A DNA stretch of 64,000 bases, from positions 12,710,001 to 12,774,000 of the forward strand of contig CM068752.1 of the NCBI GenBank assembly GCA_035084275.1, in the 5' to 3' direction. This document shows, one piece after another, positions 1 through 13,600 of this stretch. The number at the start of each line of letters is the position of its first letter. Position 1 is the first letter of the stretch. The DNA is from Hydrolagus colliei. Taxonomy: Eukaryota. The notes under the pieces were generated by a model. The model had not been told where the DNA came from and did no database searches. It saw only the letters and a program-made list of their open reading frames with translations. Made by a program: the position numbers and the translations under genes.

Positions 1-914
1 AACCAGATCATTCACAGGACCTCTGTGGCAGTAACCACAGATGTTTATCCAATTACTGACTAAGTAACTTGGTGTTTTGTAAACTGTTCTAGAAGTAGAT
101 GAAATCAGGCAACAAATTTACACTCAGCGAAGTCCCACTAATAACCATGATGAATGATCAGTTTTATTGGGGAAGTTATTGGCTTGTACTCTGGAAGTAA
201 TCCTTCTATTTTCATAAGTGATATAGGATCTTTATTGTTCACCAGAACAGGTAGGCAGGATCTTGGTTAGTCTTATCCAAAGATTTATTAATGTCCATTT
301 CGACTACTGAATTCAAAGTCTCAATATGGTACCTGAACCCACAACTAACTGATTCAGAAGTGAGAAGCCAGTCATTGTGATCTGTCCTTATATAAGTATC
401 ATCAAATGATAGGGAGGGAATTTGACTTAGCTATTGATAACTCTGTAATTTCCACACACTTGAGGGGCTACTAGTTTGATTCAGTGATGCCTACTTGTTA
501 TTGGCAGTAGAAGGCCAACATGATCTTTCCCAACCTCTGGAACTCCATGCCGCAGTCCCTCCGGCCTCGCCCCCTCCTTGGTCTCCTTCAAGACTCCTCT
601 TTAATGGACCCATTAGCAACTCCTAATAACCCCTCCCCCACCCCGGCTTCAGCTCGGGTCTGAAGCAGTGACTGACTGTCCAGTGCCTTGGGACATTGTC
701 CTGACGTGAAAGGAGCTATACAAGTGTAATTTTGTTGTTGTCAGTGATGCAACTTGTTTGTGTCTTATTATTTTGGGGATCTTAAAATTAGGTTATTAAC
801 TTACTTTGGAGTTTTTAGATTGACAATTACTTATTTCTTTGATTAGGGCAGCAAAGTTCAGAAAGCCCTCCCAATTTATTCTTATCTGTGGTGTGGTTAA
901 AGTGGTAACATGAA

Positions 915-1270
915 ATGGAGAAACAATTTCCTCTGGTGGGGGAATCCAGAACACTGGGGGCATATTCTTCAAATTAGAGCTAGGCCATTTAGAAGGGAAA
1001 TTAGAAGCACTTTTTGCACACAAAGGATGGTGGAAATCTGGTACTCTCTCCCCCAAAAGGCTGTGAATGCTAGATCAATTTAAATTTTAAATTTTCAAAA
1101 CTGAGGTCAAATGATATTTGATAGGTAAGGGGTATCCAGGATATGGAGCAAAGACAGTTAAATGGAGTTGAAGTGCAGATCATCTAATAGAATAGACCTA
1201 ATAGATTTTAATAGAATGCCAGGACAGGCTCAACAGGCTAAATAACTGCTCCTGCTTCTATATTTCCTCT
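915..1270 (+). mobile_element. Degraded CR1 LINE 3' end
   Basis: Similar to 58715-59045 (ttcctctggtgggggaatccagaac ... ctcctgcttcta). Confidence 0.8.
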
Positions 1271-4244
1271 AGGAGGCTGAGTTGTACTATTACAACAATA
1301 ATTTGAAGTTCTTTCACAGTTCACAATACAGGAGGTTCTATAAACCCACCCCCCCAGTGGATTATCCTTAAGATCCTCATCCTTTTTAAATGCCTACATG
1401 GCCGTTTCCTATCTCAGTGATCTCCTGCGATTGAACCCACATCCCTCTCCCCTGTCCATTCTTTCCCTTCCAAAAGCCTGCTTCATTTTGCCACCCACTC
1501 TGCCCCACCATCAATGTGTGAACTGGCACCCAATCTAGAGCTCTCTTACCAAATCTCTCCAACTTGTCCCAACCCTCCTGGCTTTCAACACCAATGTTTC
1601 TTTCACAGCACTTTCGGACCCCTTTATCATTCCTAACACACATAGATGAAAACTAGGACATTCCAAGGCTGTAAATAGCTCAGTTACTTCACTGAATAAA
1701 TGCATAACCATCAGGAAGCTTTACTTCAATGAAACACATATGAAATTATATAGCACCTTTCACATTGCAACAGCATCTCATTGCTTTTGGAAGACTGAGC
1801 AGAAGCCTGAGATGGATGTTTCTCTCTTTCTCTCCTACCCCTCCCCATCTTGTGATTGGACATTGGATTCCATGAATTTATTTTCACTGTTGTACTACTA
1901 TTTGTAGGTGTGTTCAGAATCTTGGGTTAAAATGAGTGCACTGACATGCTTTATGCTCAATCTCGTAAAAAGGAAACTAAAATATGTATAAAGTGGGTTG
2001 GACCATCTATTCAGGAAGTGCTATGCTGCCGAGGAGATAGCTACCGATGCAGAACATGTATTGACCACCCTCAGGCGGCCATTATTCTACGCAACTAGTT
2101 CTCAGACATTGTCCCTTTCTTTAATGCTCCGTGAGTTCTGATTATTCATTGTGTGCTGACTCATCCTTTCTAATCCTCAGTCTGCAGTTAAAGGTGGCCG
2201 GCAATCAGTATGACAAAACTGAAAAGCTTTTTACACTAAAATTTCATTGGATTGAAGTAAGTAACAGATATTTAGTGGCAGGAGAACATGGATTGGTTTT
2301 GGGGTGGGTAAGGATTTTAAAGATTGAAGGTAGGGAAGCCAGTGAGTGTACAGTGCCTGATTGTACTGTATGTGCTGATTTAACAGTTTGCTGCTGCACC
2401 ATTGTAAGTGATAAAAAGCCAAATCTTAATGAATTCAGCTTTATGTAGCTGTATAGGTTTGGTTGTGGAGGAATGCATTAAGATTCTTCATGGGTAATGT
2501 GCACTGTCTGGATGTCAGAAGCTATCGCTGTGTGATGAATGGAGGCTGTAAAATCATCACTCCTCTTTTCTGTGGTTATGCAGGTTGTAATAATTGTAAT
2601 GCATTTTTGGGGGATGACCTGGGCAAGCTATTGATTGAAGAGTCATAAATTTTTTAGATGATGCTGAAAAATTCTCTTTGCAAAAGTAGGTGATTTATAG
2701 GTGTGTGCACATCATTGCAGACTTTTGTATTTCTCTAATTGAGAGATGGCTGAGAGAACCTGTCCATAATCACTAAATATGTGGATCCTATTTAGATTCT
2801 AGACAAGGAAAACGACTTGAAGAGAGTCCCAAAGTTGTCTGATTAAGAATGAGCAGATAATAATAATAATTATAATAATAATAATACCAGTGCCTTGGGA
2901 TGTCCTCCTGACGTGAAAGGCGCTATACAAGTGTAATTTTGTTGTTATAATAATAACAGTACTAATAATAATGCTTGCATTTGATATAGCACTTTTCACG
3001 TCTTCTAGACATCTCAAAGCGCTTCACAGAATATACTGTAAAGTGAATTGAATATATTTTGGGGCGAAATGCAGCAGCCAGCTGTGCACAGCGGTGGCCG
3101 AATGTTGGTATATCATTTTAGCGTATTCTGTTGAAATATCGCAGTATGTTCCTGGAAAAATGCAATTGTCTCTTCAATCCATGACTGTTTGTGGGATACC
3201 GCAGTGTGCAATTGGCTGCTGTATTTCGCCCACAAATATACAGTCAATTCACTTTACAGTATATTCTGTGAAGCGCTTTATGACATCTAGAAGACGTGAA
3301 AAGCGCTATATCAAATGCAAGGATTATTATTATGTTTAAAAAATTATCTTATCACTTGTTATTAGAGCACTCTCATTTTCTTTTTCTTTCATTTGTAAAA
3401 CTACTGAGTATCCATACTCCAACTGATCCCAAACTCTGATGCCAATATTTTCACCTGTTCCAAACTCCTTTGCCCCAGTTTCTTGCCATGTTTCATTGGC
3501 ACTGTTTTGCAGAAGGAATCGATTTAAGGAACCTCACACAACTTACAAATCAATTCACATCCAAGCAGCTCCCTATCTCTCAAACCTGTTTTCACTCGAT
3601 ACCCATCCCTTTCGCTAGGATGACTTTGGCCTCCAAATGCCCCTCATCTCCTCTTCTCTGCCTTTCAAGCCCACAAAATTCAGGTACTCTGTGCCTCATC
3701 AATTCCTCTTTGCCCGTGTTCCGTTCGCACATGAAGCCTGGTTTCTTTGAATATCACCTTCCCCCTCACTCCAGGTTGGCATCAAATTCCATCACTTTTG
3801 AGCACTCTGGGACAACCCATATGAAGGATGCTAATAAATATAAGTTTTTGTGTTGAGTGTTGTCTTTTGAGCTGTAACAGGAACTGGGAGCTTTCTGGCT
3901 TGAATCTGGGGCCTCACTGAGCTGTGCTGATCTCAGCTGAGGCTGCATGGGAGGCTAAATTGGCCATCCCAGGATTAGGGAGGAAAAACAGCCAGGATTC
4001 CGTCTCAAAGTCCTTCTGATTGTGGCTACGAATGCCTATGCAGTCAATGGCCTACTGTCACTGCCAGGGCTCATATATGAACAACTTTATTTGGAGGGAG
4101 AATCTCTGGATGGAGAATCATGTCTGTGGAACCATACCAATGGAAGGCTTGCGATTGGGAGCAGTGGCATATAGAGGAAAAAAATAAATAATTGGACAAC
4201 CAAATTTAACAGAACTTGGTTTCTATGAAAAATCCATAGTGCTG

Positions 4245-4560
4245 TAATAATATAATAATAACAATCCTTGCATTTGATATTGCGCTTTTCATGTCTTCTC
4301 TTCGTCTCAAAGTGCTTCCAGAATATACTATCAAGTGAATTGACTATATTTGTGGGCGAATTACGACAGCCAATTGCACACAGTATGCCACGAACAGTCG
4401 TGGATTGAAATGATCAATTTATTATTGGGGGGTTTTTGGACGGATTATTATTAGCCCTGTGGAGTAAGGAAACTTGCCCAACGTTTTGCCCTGACTTGCC
4501 TGGATTCGAACACAGGTCTCATGCTTGTAAAGCGAGTACTCGACTGAGCTACAGGGCTTC
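4245..4560 (-). mobile_element. tRNA-derived SINE, same family
   Basis: Reverse complement is collinear with 59332-59650. Confidence 0.9.
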
Positions 4561-5640
4561 ACATAGTATATTTGTATCCTGATATATCTACAACAGCCCT
4601 ACAGCCTTGGGACGTCCTCTGACATAAAAGGCGCTCTATAAATGTAACTTTATTGTTGTTGTTGTACTATGGATAACAACAAGTTGCATTTATATAGTGG
4701 CCTTCATGCGGGGTAGCGTACCAGAGGGCTTCATAACTCTGGATATCTTAAATTGCAGATAATGCGTTGCACACATAACGTGTGTATGTATATTTATGTC
4801 TCTTTTCCCTTTAACTCTTGTGTCTTTCTTGACGTCTCTATTCCATACTTATCTGGATCTTGTACATTGCCTCACGTTGTCCGTTGATTCCCGCTCCATT
4901 ATTATTGTGATCTTGGGTATACTATTGCGTGTTTTTTTTTAATTCTAGCTTTGTAGCATGATTTTACTTCCATATTAAATAAATATGGAAGTAAATACTG
5001 TATAAACTGTCTTCAGCTTCTTACTTATTGTATAATACAAATAATACAGTATTTGTTCTGTACTCCAGGTACATACATTTGAACTTCTACATTAACATTT
5101 CCTGATTTTCACACTCTCAGTATGCTTATCTGTTCTTCGAGTTTTAAATGCATTTTGATTTCTTGGTTTTCGAGTCCTAAGTATTAACTCTGCATTTTGC
5201 GTGGCATTCTATAAAATATCAATGAGGTATTTACCTTTTGAATGTTTTGTGACTCATTGAAGTATGCAGACAAAGGCCTTTGGCAAAATCCAAGTGGTTT
5301 TCTAGTTTTTCCGAAGTGCATTATTAATGTTATTCCAAACATCTGAATTTCTGTATTTCTTCCTCCTTTTTTGAAAGTGCCTACCTCTCTTTTCAGCATG
5401 AAACATTACAATTCCTCCATAACTAGATGAGTGCTCTCTACTACAGCATATTACCACCAAATGGCTTATATGCATGTGAGAACCTTAACAGGGAGTGTTG
5501 GTCAGGACAACAGATTGACAGACCAGCAAATTGAAGGCTCTAGAGCAGCAACTCTGGCTGAAATTCTTCTAACACAGGGATTCTGAGGCAATTTGTAGCA
5601 AACTTCCCCTGAAAGAGATCAGGATTCGAAATAGCCAACT

Positions 5641-5961
5641 ATAATAATAATAATACTTGCATTTGGTATAGCGCTTTTCACGTCATCTAGACATCTCAAA
5701 GCGCTTCACAGAATATATTGTCGAATGATTTGACTGTATATTTGTGGGTGAAACAAAGCAGCCAATTGCGCACAGCAGTGTCCCATAAACAGTCATGGAT
5801 TCAAATGACCAATTTTATTATCGTTTTTTTTGGGACGGATTATTATTAGGCGTGTCGAGTAAGGAAACTTGCCCCAAGGTTTTGCCCTAACCTGCTTGGA
5901 TTTGAACACAGGTCTCATGCTTGTAAGGTGAGTGCTCTAACTACTGACCTACAGGACTCCA
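5641..5961 (-). mobile_element. tRNA-derived SINE, same family
   Basis: Reverse complement is collinear with 59332-59650. Confidence 0.9.
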
Positions 5962-6172
5962 CTTAATGTCAATCCCAAACCATGGGCTGGTAATGCACCA
6001 TGCAATGTGTTAGAAGCTTTTCAAGATTATTTTCGGGTTAGGTGATTTAGTTGCTGTGGGAAACATTCAGTGATGCAATTGCATTCTTTAGAATAGTGTC
6101 AATTTAAAGCAAATGTACATTGTCGGAAAATCTTTTTATCCATAATTTTATTTGGAAAGTGTTGATCCTCGG

Positions 6173-6578
6173 TAGGGTCCGTCAATATAGAAATTTTCCG
6201 ATATCAATATACACCGATATATCGATATTTCCGGGGTTTTTTATACTATGCATGCGCGCGCATTCGAGGTGCGCGCGGGGGGGGGGGGGGGGGGGGCGTG
6301 CATTCGGGTGTGCGCGCACATTCCGATATGCGCGTGCTTTTTGTGCTCTAGGCCCAGGAGGTTGCAATGCCGGCGACAAGGTAAGCTGGAAAAGATCGCT
6401 TTATACCAATATAACCGATATATCGCTGGAAACGATATACCGATATTTACGATATACCGATATTTTTTTTCATATAGAATTTTGTGATATATCGATATAT
6501 TTTTAATTCTGATATCGGCAAATCGATATGAAAAATTATATCAATATAACCGATATATCGATATATCGCCGGACCCTA
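6173..6578. mobile_element. hAT-superfamily MITE (non-autonomous), young
   Basis: TIRs TAGGGTCCG...CGGACCCTA. Perfect 8-bp TSD ATCCTCGG (6165-6172 and 6579-6586). Many subterminal CGATAT/ATATCG motifs, CpGs retained. Confidence 0.9.
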
Positions 6579-8062
6579 ATCCTCGGTGACCATCCTATTA
6601 ATAACTGCAATGGCCAAACAAACCCTTTTAAATACATAACACATCTTTGTGAACCGTGTTAAATCCAACAAGTGAGAATGTTATTTTTCTTCTTATTTGC
6701 ATATGACAGAGGAAAGTTGGACAGAAATAGTACTCCATTTGAGGGATACAGAGATGGTCTGAAGCATTGTTGAAGCTCTTCTAAAAAGATTCACATGAAT
6801 AGATTCTGAAGTTGTATTATATGGGTTTACTATACAGATAGACAGATGGTCCTGTTCTCCACACTGCTTTCTCTCTACTTGTAAACAAGAAACGATTGTG
6901 AGCATGGACCACTATAGGTGTGTGGCAATGGGTTAGAAGGGAAGGAGCAAATTTTGTGTAATTCGATTGCCCGTTGAATTCTAATTCTATTACTGCCATA
7001 AATATGATGCCATATTATTTGCTGTTAATGATGTATTGTGGTTTTATTTTAATTTTAACTTGAAAACCATTATAACCTTAAACCTTAATAAATATCAAAA
7101 CTTAAAAGGTCTAATGAGCTGCGAAAGGAGTTATAGTGATTGGAAGGTATAAGGGGTGGCTGATGCTGCAGTAACCATAAATTATGTAACTAGTCTTTCA
7201 CTGAAAATAATCTATCACAACGGCTGCATAATTCTGAAGGCTGAGCACCTATAAGCACTATCTAGTCCTGTCGTGTAGCAATTCATATTACTCAACTTAT
7301 TGAAACTTATTTCTTTGGGACATGTATGTGAAAACTGCTGCCTGATCAACGATAGAGCTGGTGTAATATGCGATCAATTGAAAGTTGATGTGTGGACTGC
7401 AGAGAATGGCTGGCTGGTGTAGGGCGAGGTGGGGGTGGAGGGGTGGGAGGGGGTGGTGAGAAGACTTCTATGTACATATTTAAATTTTAAGAGTTTCAAA
7501 GGTTTCAATTTTAGCTGTAATAATCCTTGCATTTGATATATCACCTTAATCACATACCGCGTTTCAAATGAGCTTCACATGATTTCCTATAAAGGTTAGG
7601 AACCATTTTATTGGCGAACATATCAGTTTGCACACAACAATGTCTCACAAACCGCTATATATCTTCTATTCTTGGCCAGAACACTGGATGACATTTGCTA
7701 CTCTTAAACAGTAGTGTAGGATCTACGTTAATACTATTTCTAACAATGCAGCACGGCTCCAGCGTGCATTGATTTCCAGCCTAGCCGGTGTTTTTCAAAT
7801 TGTGTGTGTGTGTTGGGGATTGGAGATGGTTTTGGACAGCTTGAGGTGATCAAGATGGCAACTGAAATAAACAATTGATGGCTGTTTGAACCCTTGCTCC
7901 CTGTGAACTCACCACTGCCCACAGCTTTGAGAGGCGACTGTTACTGAAATTGACCGGTGCAGTGGTGGGTGAGGTGAGAGGAGTGACATAAGTCACAAAT
8001 TTGTATGATAAGTACATTAACATTGTAAGCATGACTTTTATTTTTTTTAAATGCTTTTGAAA

Positions 8063-8498
8063 TGTTTGGAAGATCCTCGTCCTCACCTTCAAGGCCTTAC
8101 ACGGCCTTGCCCCGCCCTATTTAACCAATCTACTTTCTCCCTACAAGCCCACCCGGACCCTCCGTTCAACAGGACTTGGCCTGCTCCAAGCCCCCCGCCC
8201 GAACCGCCCCACCATCGGAGGCCAGGCCTTCAGTTTCTCCGCTCCCACCCTATGGAATGCCATCCCTCAATCCCTCCGTCTCATTTCTTCCCTTTCCTCT
8301 TTCAAGGCCAGTTTGAAGACTTTCCTCTTCGACCGTGCCTTTTGTTCCACCCCGAATTTTTCGACCTCCCCTTTGTGTCTCACCCCTTCCCAAACACTCC
8401 CCTCTCAGCTCGGGTCACACGCCTCCTGTGCAGCGCCTTGGGACGTCCTCCGGACGTGAAAGGCGCTCTATAAATGTAATTTGTTGTTGTTGTTGTTG
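8063..8498 (+). mobile_element. L2 LINE 3' end (young subfamily)
   Basis: Near-identical to 45810-46163. Ends gcgccttgggacgtcctccggacgtgaaaggcgctctataaatgtaatttg(ttg)n. Confidence 0.92.
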
Positions 8499-9817
8499 TA
8501 AGGATCTGAATCACTATGGATTTATTATGTGGATTTACTTAGTCGTCCTGACGTGGGGCTTAGATCCACCACAGTTTAAACATTGAGAGCGATTCTCAAT
8601 AACACAGCAGCACAGTATAGTAATTACTTAGGGACAGAAGCATGTGATGCGCCTCTGTTTATCAACCAAACTGGCATCAGTTCAGTTTCAACTATGTAGA
8701 TTTATAAGAGAAACATAGTGAAAATATTGATAATGCTTTTCTTTTGTCAGCAGTTTTTTTTAAAATTAATATTTCTAGGAAATTACTGTTGCTGCAACAC
8801 AAATTGTCCAGAATCTCACATTAAAAGGTTAATGCTTAGTTATAAATAAATTGCTAAGTAAATACAACATCTGACTTGGTACTGCACCACAATATGCTAT
8901 TGGGTCTGGGGTTTGGGTTTGAACATTTGAAATTTGATATATACATGGTTAGCTGATCTAATTGAAGATGATACAATTGGTATCCGTGCCACTGACACTC
9001 CAGGATTCCTTCTCCTGATCAATTCAGGATGTTGAGGACAAGCAACTGTCAGGTAGGCTTCAGCAATGATGCTCCTTGTGATTGACAAACAAACACATCA
9101 CAGCTTGCTGTATGGGAAGAATGGTATGAGTCAATTATACAAAGGACTACTGCTTGTGACTGTGGAATTATGGAAGAATGAGTCTTAGATGAGTGGAGGA
9201 AAGAAGAGAGGGAGGGTTTGGGGTTAGATTTTCAGGTTTTCTTCGCAGCCAAAGCTAAGATGTCTAGGTTTTCTAAACGCAACTGATACCCATTAATTCC
9301 TGGCAAGAAGTGATCTTGGTTGTGCCCTGATGGTACTGTTTTTAAGGTGCACAGAATAGTGGCCACTTAGTGAAGTGCAGAGCTTTTGATCCATGAAAAT
9401 CACAACCATGAAATGGCTCTTACAGAGATGTCTTCCCCATTATTTTGTAGCGAGGAAAAAAATTCTGTCTCGGTTAAACTCTCTTTTGATTTGGAAAAGT
9501 GTTCTGATACTCTGTTTATTCTTTTTTTAAAAAAATTATTGTAATGTATTGTATAGTACCTTTTTTTAGGAAAATATACTTTTGGAAAGGAAGCCAATTT
9601 CTGCAATCCAGGGTTTCATAAACAACAATGAGGTGAAACACTGGCGAAGTTGTACATTTTCAAAGATGTTTTCCTTGGGTTGAAAGGTAAAATTGAGGTC
9701 TGTTTGCCTTTTGACATGGATGTAAATGAGCTTGGAAAGCAAACTGGAAGTTCTTAGTGTCCTGGTTATTTTGTTATGTGCTTCATGACTGACTGTGGGC
9801 CTTTGCTTATGCATATA

Positions 9818-10288
9818 CAGCTAGAACCCCCCTCAATGTCGTAGTGAGGTTCTTGAAAAGTGCGATTTAAGCAAAACGACGTTAAGCGAATACCTTTTTC
9901 CCATAAGAATGAATGTAAAAACTGGACTTTTAGGTTCTTTTGGACACTTTTCGTCAAACTTTTCTTTGAAAAACACATTATACTCGCTCCCTGACTGCCT
10001 ACCCGGCTCACTCACTCGCTGCCTGACTGCCTGCCCGGCTCACTCACTCACTCCCTGACTGCCAGCCTGGCTCACTCACTTGCTGCCGGTTTCACTCGTT
10101 ACCATCTGGGTCTCTTGTTGCCAGCTGGCTTACTCCCAGGTCCTAGCGCCGTCGTGCCCCCATTCCAACCGCTGGCGAACGACATAATAGCAAACATCGC
10201 AACATTAAATGAATACATATTCCCAATGTATCAGCAATGTAATAACGAAAAAACGTTAACCGAGGCGACATTAAGTGGGGTCTACCCG
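9818..10288. mobile_element. Tigger-like MITE (second family) with internal tandem repeat
   Basis: TA-flanked imperfect TIRs (cagctagaacccccctcaatgtcg / cgacattaagtggggtctacccg). About 3 copies of a 36-40 bp unit at 9983-10085. Confidence 0.7.
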
Positions 10289-10598
10289 TAGTTGCCTTCT
10301 TTATCTACAAAACCAGTCGCTTGAGTTTTGACAATAATTGTGAAAAGCTTTAAGAACGTTCAACATGATATGTGCTATAAAATTGCAATTTCTTTTATTT
10401 GTTGACAAAGTAATGCTTTATTACCCGCCGGTATATTTTATACTAACAAATCATATGTCTTTTGTATTGCAAATTGTGTTGATACAGATGTGTAAAAGTT
10501 TGAGCTCATCTTTATAAATCATCGAAGCTTTCTAAATAGTTTTTAAATTTCACCAAACATTAGCAAGTATTTACATTGTCTGTCTCTGGATATTACAG

Positions 10599-10661
10599 AA
10601 TACATCTGGTATGGAGGATCAGAATGAAGATGAGTCTCCAAAGAAGAATACAGTATGTCAG
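10599..10661 (+). CDS. FBXW11: FBXW11 63-nt N-terminal cassette exon ([21 protein letters not shown])
   Basis: ttacag|AAT...CAG|gtaagt, phase 0/0. Matches the recalled mammalian alternative exon [21 protein letters not shown]. Confidence 0.92.
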
Positions 10662-13600
10662 GTAAGTTTTCTGTCCAGAAAATCTAGCAATCTATGCTTC
10701 ACAAATATGGAATGAGGTTTGTTAGATATGGGCATTTCCACGGTAATGGGGTACATTGTGTAAGGTAAAATATTCATGCCATTTTCTGAGGAAGGGTGGA
10801 TTTTTTTTTCCAAACATGAAAATCAGAGATAACACACATTCAAGAGATAGCCCAGATAATTTTGCCTTAAAATGAAACATGTTTTTTAAATGACAATAAA
10901 TTAAAGATCATGTCCACCCTATCTAGAGACCTCTAAAATGTGACACGGCAAAGAAGGCTGCTTTTGAAACCTATTTCAGATCTTATTTTTCACTATCATT
11001 AAATATAATGAGATCCATAAATCAAGTGTTAAGACAGAAAGTTGATAGGTTTCTGTGTCATTCAAGAGCCTGATCATATTTGTTTTGTCCTTTTAAAAAA
11101 TGCGACACGCTCGTAACCCCGTCTGTCCAAAGAATTACAAACGAGGAAGACGGGATTTCAGGATAACATTTTTTTTTTTAAATCCTATTTTATTCTCAAT
11201 TCATAAAGTTATGAAGCAACTACTTTGTGGTTTGATTTATTTATTTGGTAAGCTTGATGATTGCTTACTTCTCCGACATTTTGAAAATTCTCTCATGACG
11301 TTCCGTCCTCTAATTTCCACGTTTGTAATAACCATGGAAACGCAGCTAAGAACTACCAGAATAATGTTTATAACAATAAACCATTTGCACAGCCTCATGT
11401 TGGGTAACCTGGATGTAGCAAATTTAGCGTCAGTGGTCGCCATTGTTGTTACGCATGTTTTAGGTGAATGAGTTACCTGTCTGTCCGCGGTGATACGCGC
11501 GTTGCCATGTTTACGAGCAAGATTTGTTTCCTGCGGCTGGATTATCAAACAAAGTACGTTTTTATAATCTTACTACTGATTTTGATTGCGATTTTTTGAG
11601 CGACTGTCGCGGTATTTCTGTAGGGATCTCCACAGGGACAGACACCCGGTAGATTAGGTGTAAGTCACGTTCAAACGAAGACTAAAGCTGTGATTTGTTT
11701 GTGTTGCGAACGAGGTATACTATCGTGATTTCCTTACGATTTGTTTGCCTTTCGTAATTACTTATTTTGGATATCGTATCGTTTACTTCAATTTTCAAAA
11801 AATACAACACATTATGGTGAGCTTATGATGAAAATTATTAATTCACGTTGAGAGTATTTGTAACCACATTCGCATCTGGACCAAACGCTGTCTGTCGTCA
11901 TTACGACCGTGGTCATTGCATATTGCGAGTTCCTATGATTCTATTAAGCAGAAGTGATTCTATAAAGTATTGGTCATGATTAAAGCAGTAGCTAGCCAGC
12001 AGAATGCAAACATACTTGATTTTTTGCCTCTCTTATTTTTTGTTATGTGATGCATGTCTGTCCCTGTTCGCAGCGTTGCCATGCATTAAACGTTACCATT
12101 TCAGAGGTGGTAAAAATAATTCTGTTAAAAAAGTTATGTATTTCTTACAAGATACATACAGTATGGTCTCTGGGGCACTTATGTACAAAACATTTGTGTT
12201 CAGCAATCAATTTGATTTTCTGACCCCCCCCCCCACCCCGTCACACACGTATACCCCTTTATCGTGGAAATGCCCATATTCATTGTTTATTTTACTAGCA
12301 GTTCTCTCTAGTCTGACCCACATCCCATACCACCGGTGGCTTTCAGCCTTTCTGCCCCCAAATTCTGGAACTCCCGTCCCACAGTCCCTTCACCTCACTT
12401 CCTCCCTTGCCTCCTTCAAGGCCAGTCTCTTTTCAATTGTGCCTTCAGCTGCCTTGCTACCTTCTCTCCCTCCCCCATACCCTAACCCTTCTCCATGCTG
12501 AGGTCCCGCCCCTGACTGTTCAGCACCATGGGACGTCCTCTCGATGTTGTCGTATTCAAAACGTTGAATTTCTTCATTTATCATAGTTCAGAGCCAGTAC
12601 TGCTACTCCTCTTATTCGTCATCGCAATATAAGTTGTTGGGTGAATTAATAAATACAGTAAAAGCCCGGCACCCTCGGGACCTGGCCAATGTCGGTTAAC
12701 ATGTGTGCCAGATATTCGGGCGGCCAGCTGCCGAATACCCAACACTAATTTTTTAAACTTTTTTAAACATACCATGTTAATAATAGACTAAATAATAACA
12801 GTTTATTGTATGGATACTTACCAAAAAAGCATTAAATATAAATTACAGTCTATAAGCAAAGCACACAATCACAAAGAAAACTTCTACAATGGTCAGCGGA
12901 AAAGTTTTTTTTCTTCTTAAAGGGATACTGTACTGTTGATTTTTCCTCTCTTTTTTCTTTCTCTCCCTCCTCTCTCTCTTTCACACACACACTGAGTCAG
13001 TCTGGCATCTCAATGACTCCAAACCCACCCCCCCTCCACTCCTCTCATTTTCTATCTAAATTAATCAACTCCCCCCCCCCGCCCTCTCTCTCCTTCTCCT
13101 ACTCCCACCCCACCACCAAAACAGTGTATAAACCCACAATACCGTCAGGCTACACAGGCAATGTAGTATCTGTCAGTGAGAGAGGGAAAGAAAGAAAGAG
13201 GAAGAGATAGAAAGAGAGAGGGAGAGAGAGAAAGAAAAAGAGGGAGGGAGAGAAAAAGGAGAGGGAGAGGAAAAACAGTGCCCTTTTAAGATGAAAAACT
13301 AGAGGTGCAGCATTCAGAACTAATCGTACTGTGCGACAATTGCCTCATTAAATGTGCAACCACGATTGTGCCGGATAAGATCTGGTTATTCGAATGTAGA
13401 CCTTTTTTTTTGAGATGCTGTATGGAAGTTACAGTTGATCAGGTCATGGATAAACGGGCTTTTACTTTATATAAAATGGTTAAATGGAAATGGTTGATTC
13501 GTTCAGATGAACGGGCGGGATTACAGCCTCTTCTATGGATCCCCAGAGGGCCTCCCTCACACCTCGTCACCAAACATCTGATTGCTGGTAAGCATTTGAT

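Noticed and set aside
1908-1990. Possible FBXW11 102-nt exon (CSVPRSLWLGC...MCALSC); local translation CSESWVKMSALTC
   Set aside because: Similarity is weak, the spacing is wrong, there is no suitable donor and a stop follows. The real exon, if present, is probably upstream of the window.
7422-7458. G-quadruplex-like G-run cluster
   Set aside because: A common simple-sequence motif deep in an intron, with no supporting context.
9983-10085. CRISPR-like array (36-40 bp repeats)
   Set aside because: Head-to-tail tandem units with no unique spacers, inside a MITE in a vertebrate intron; no cas genes.
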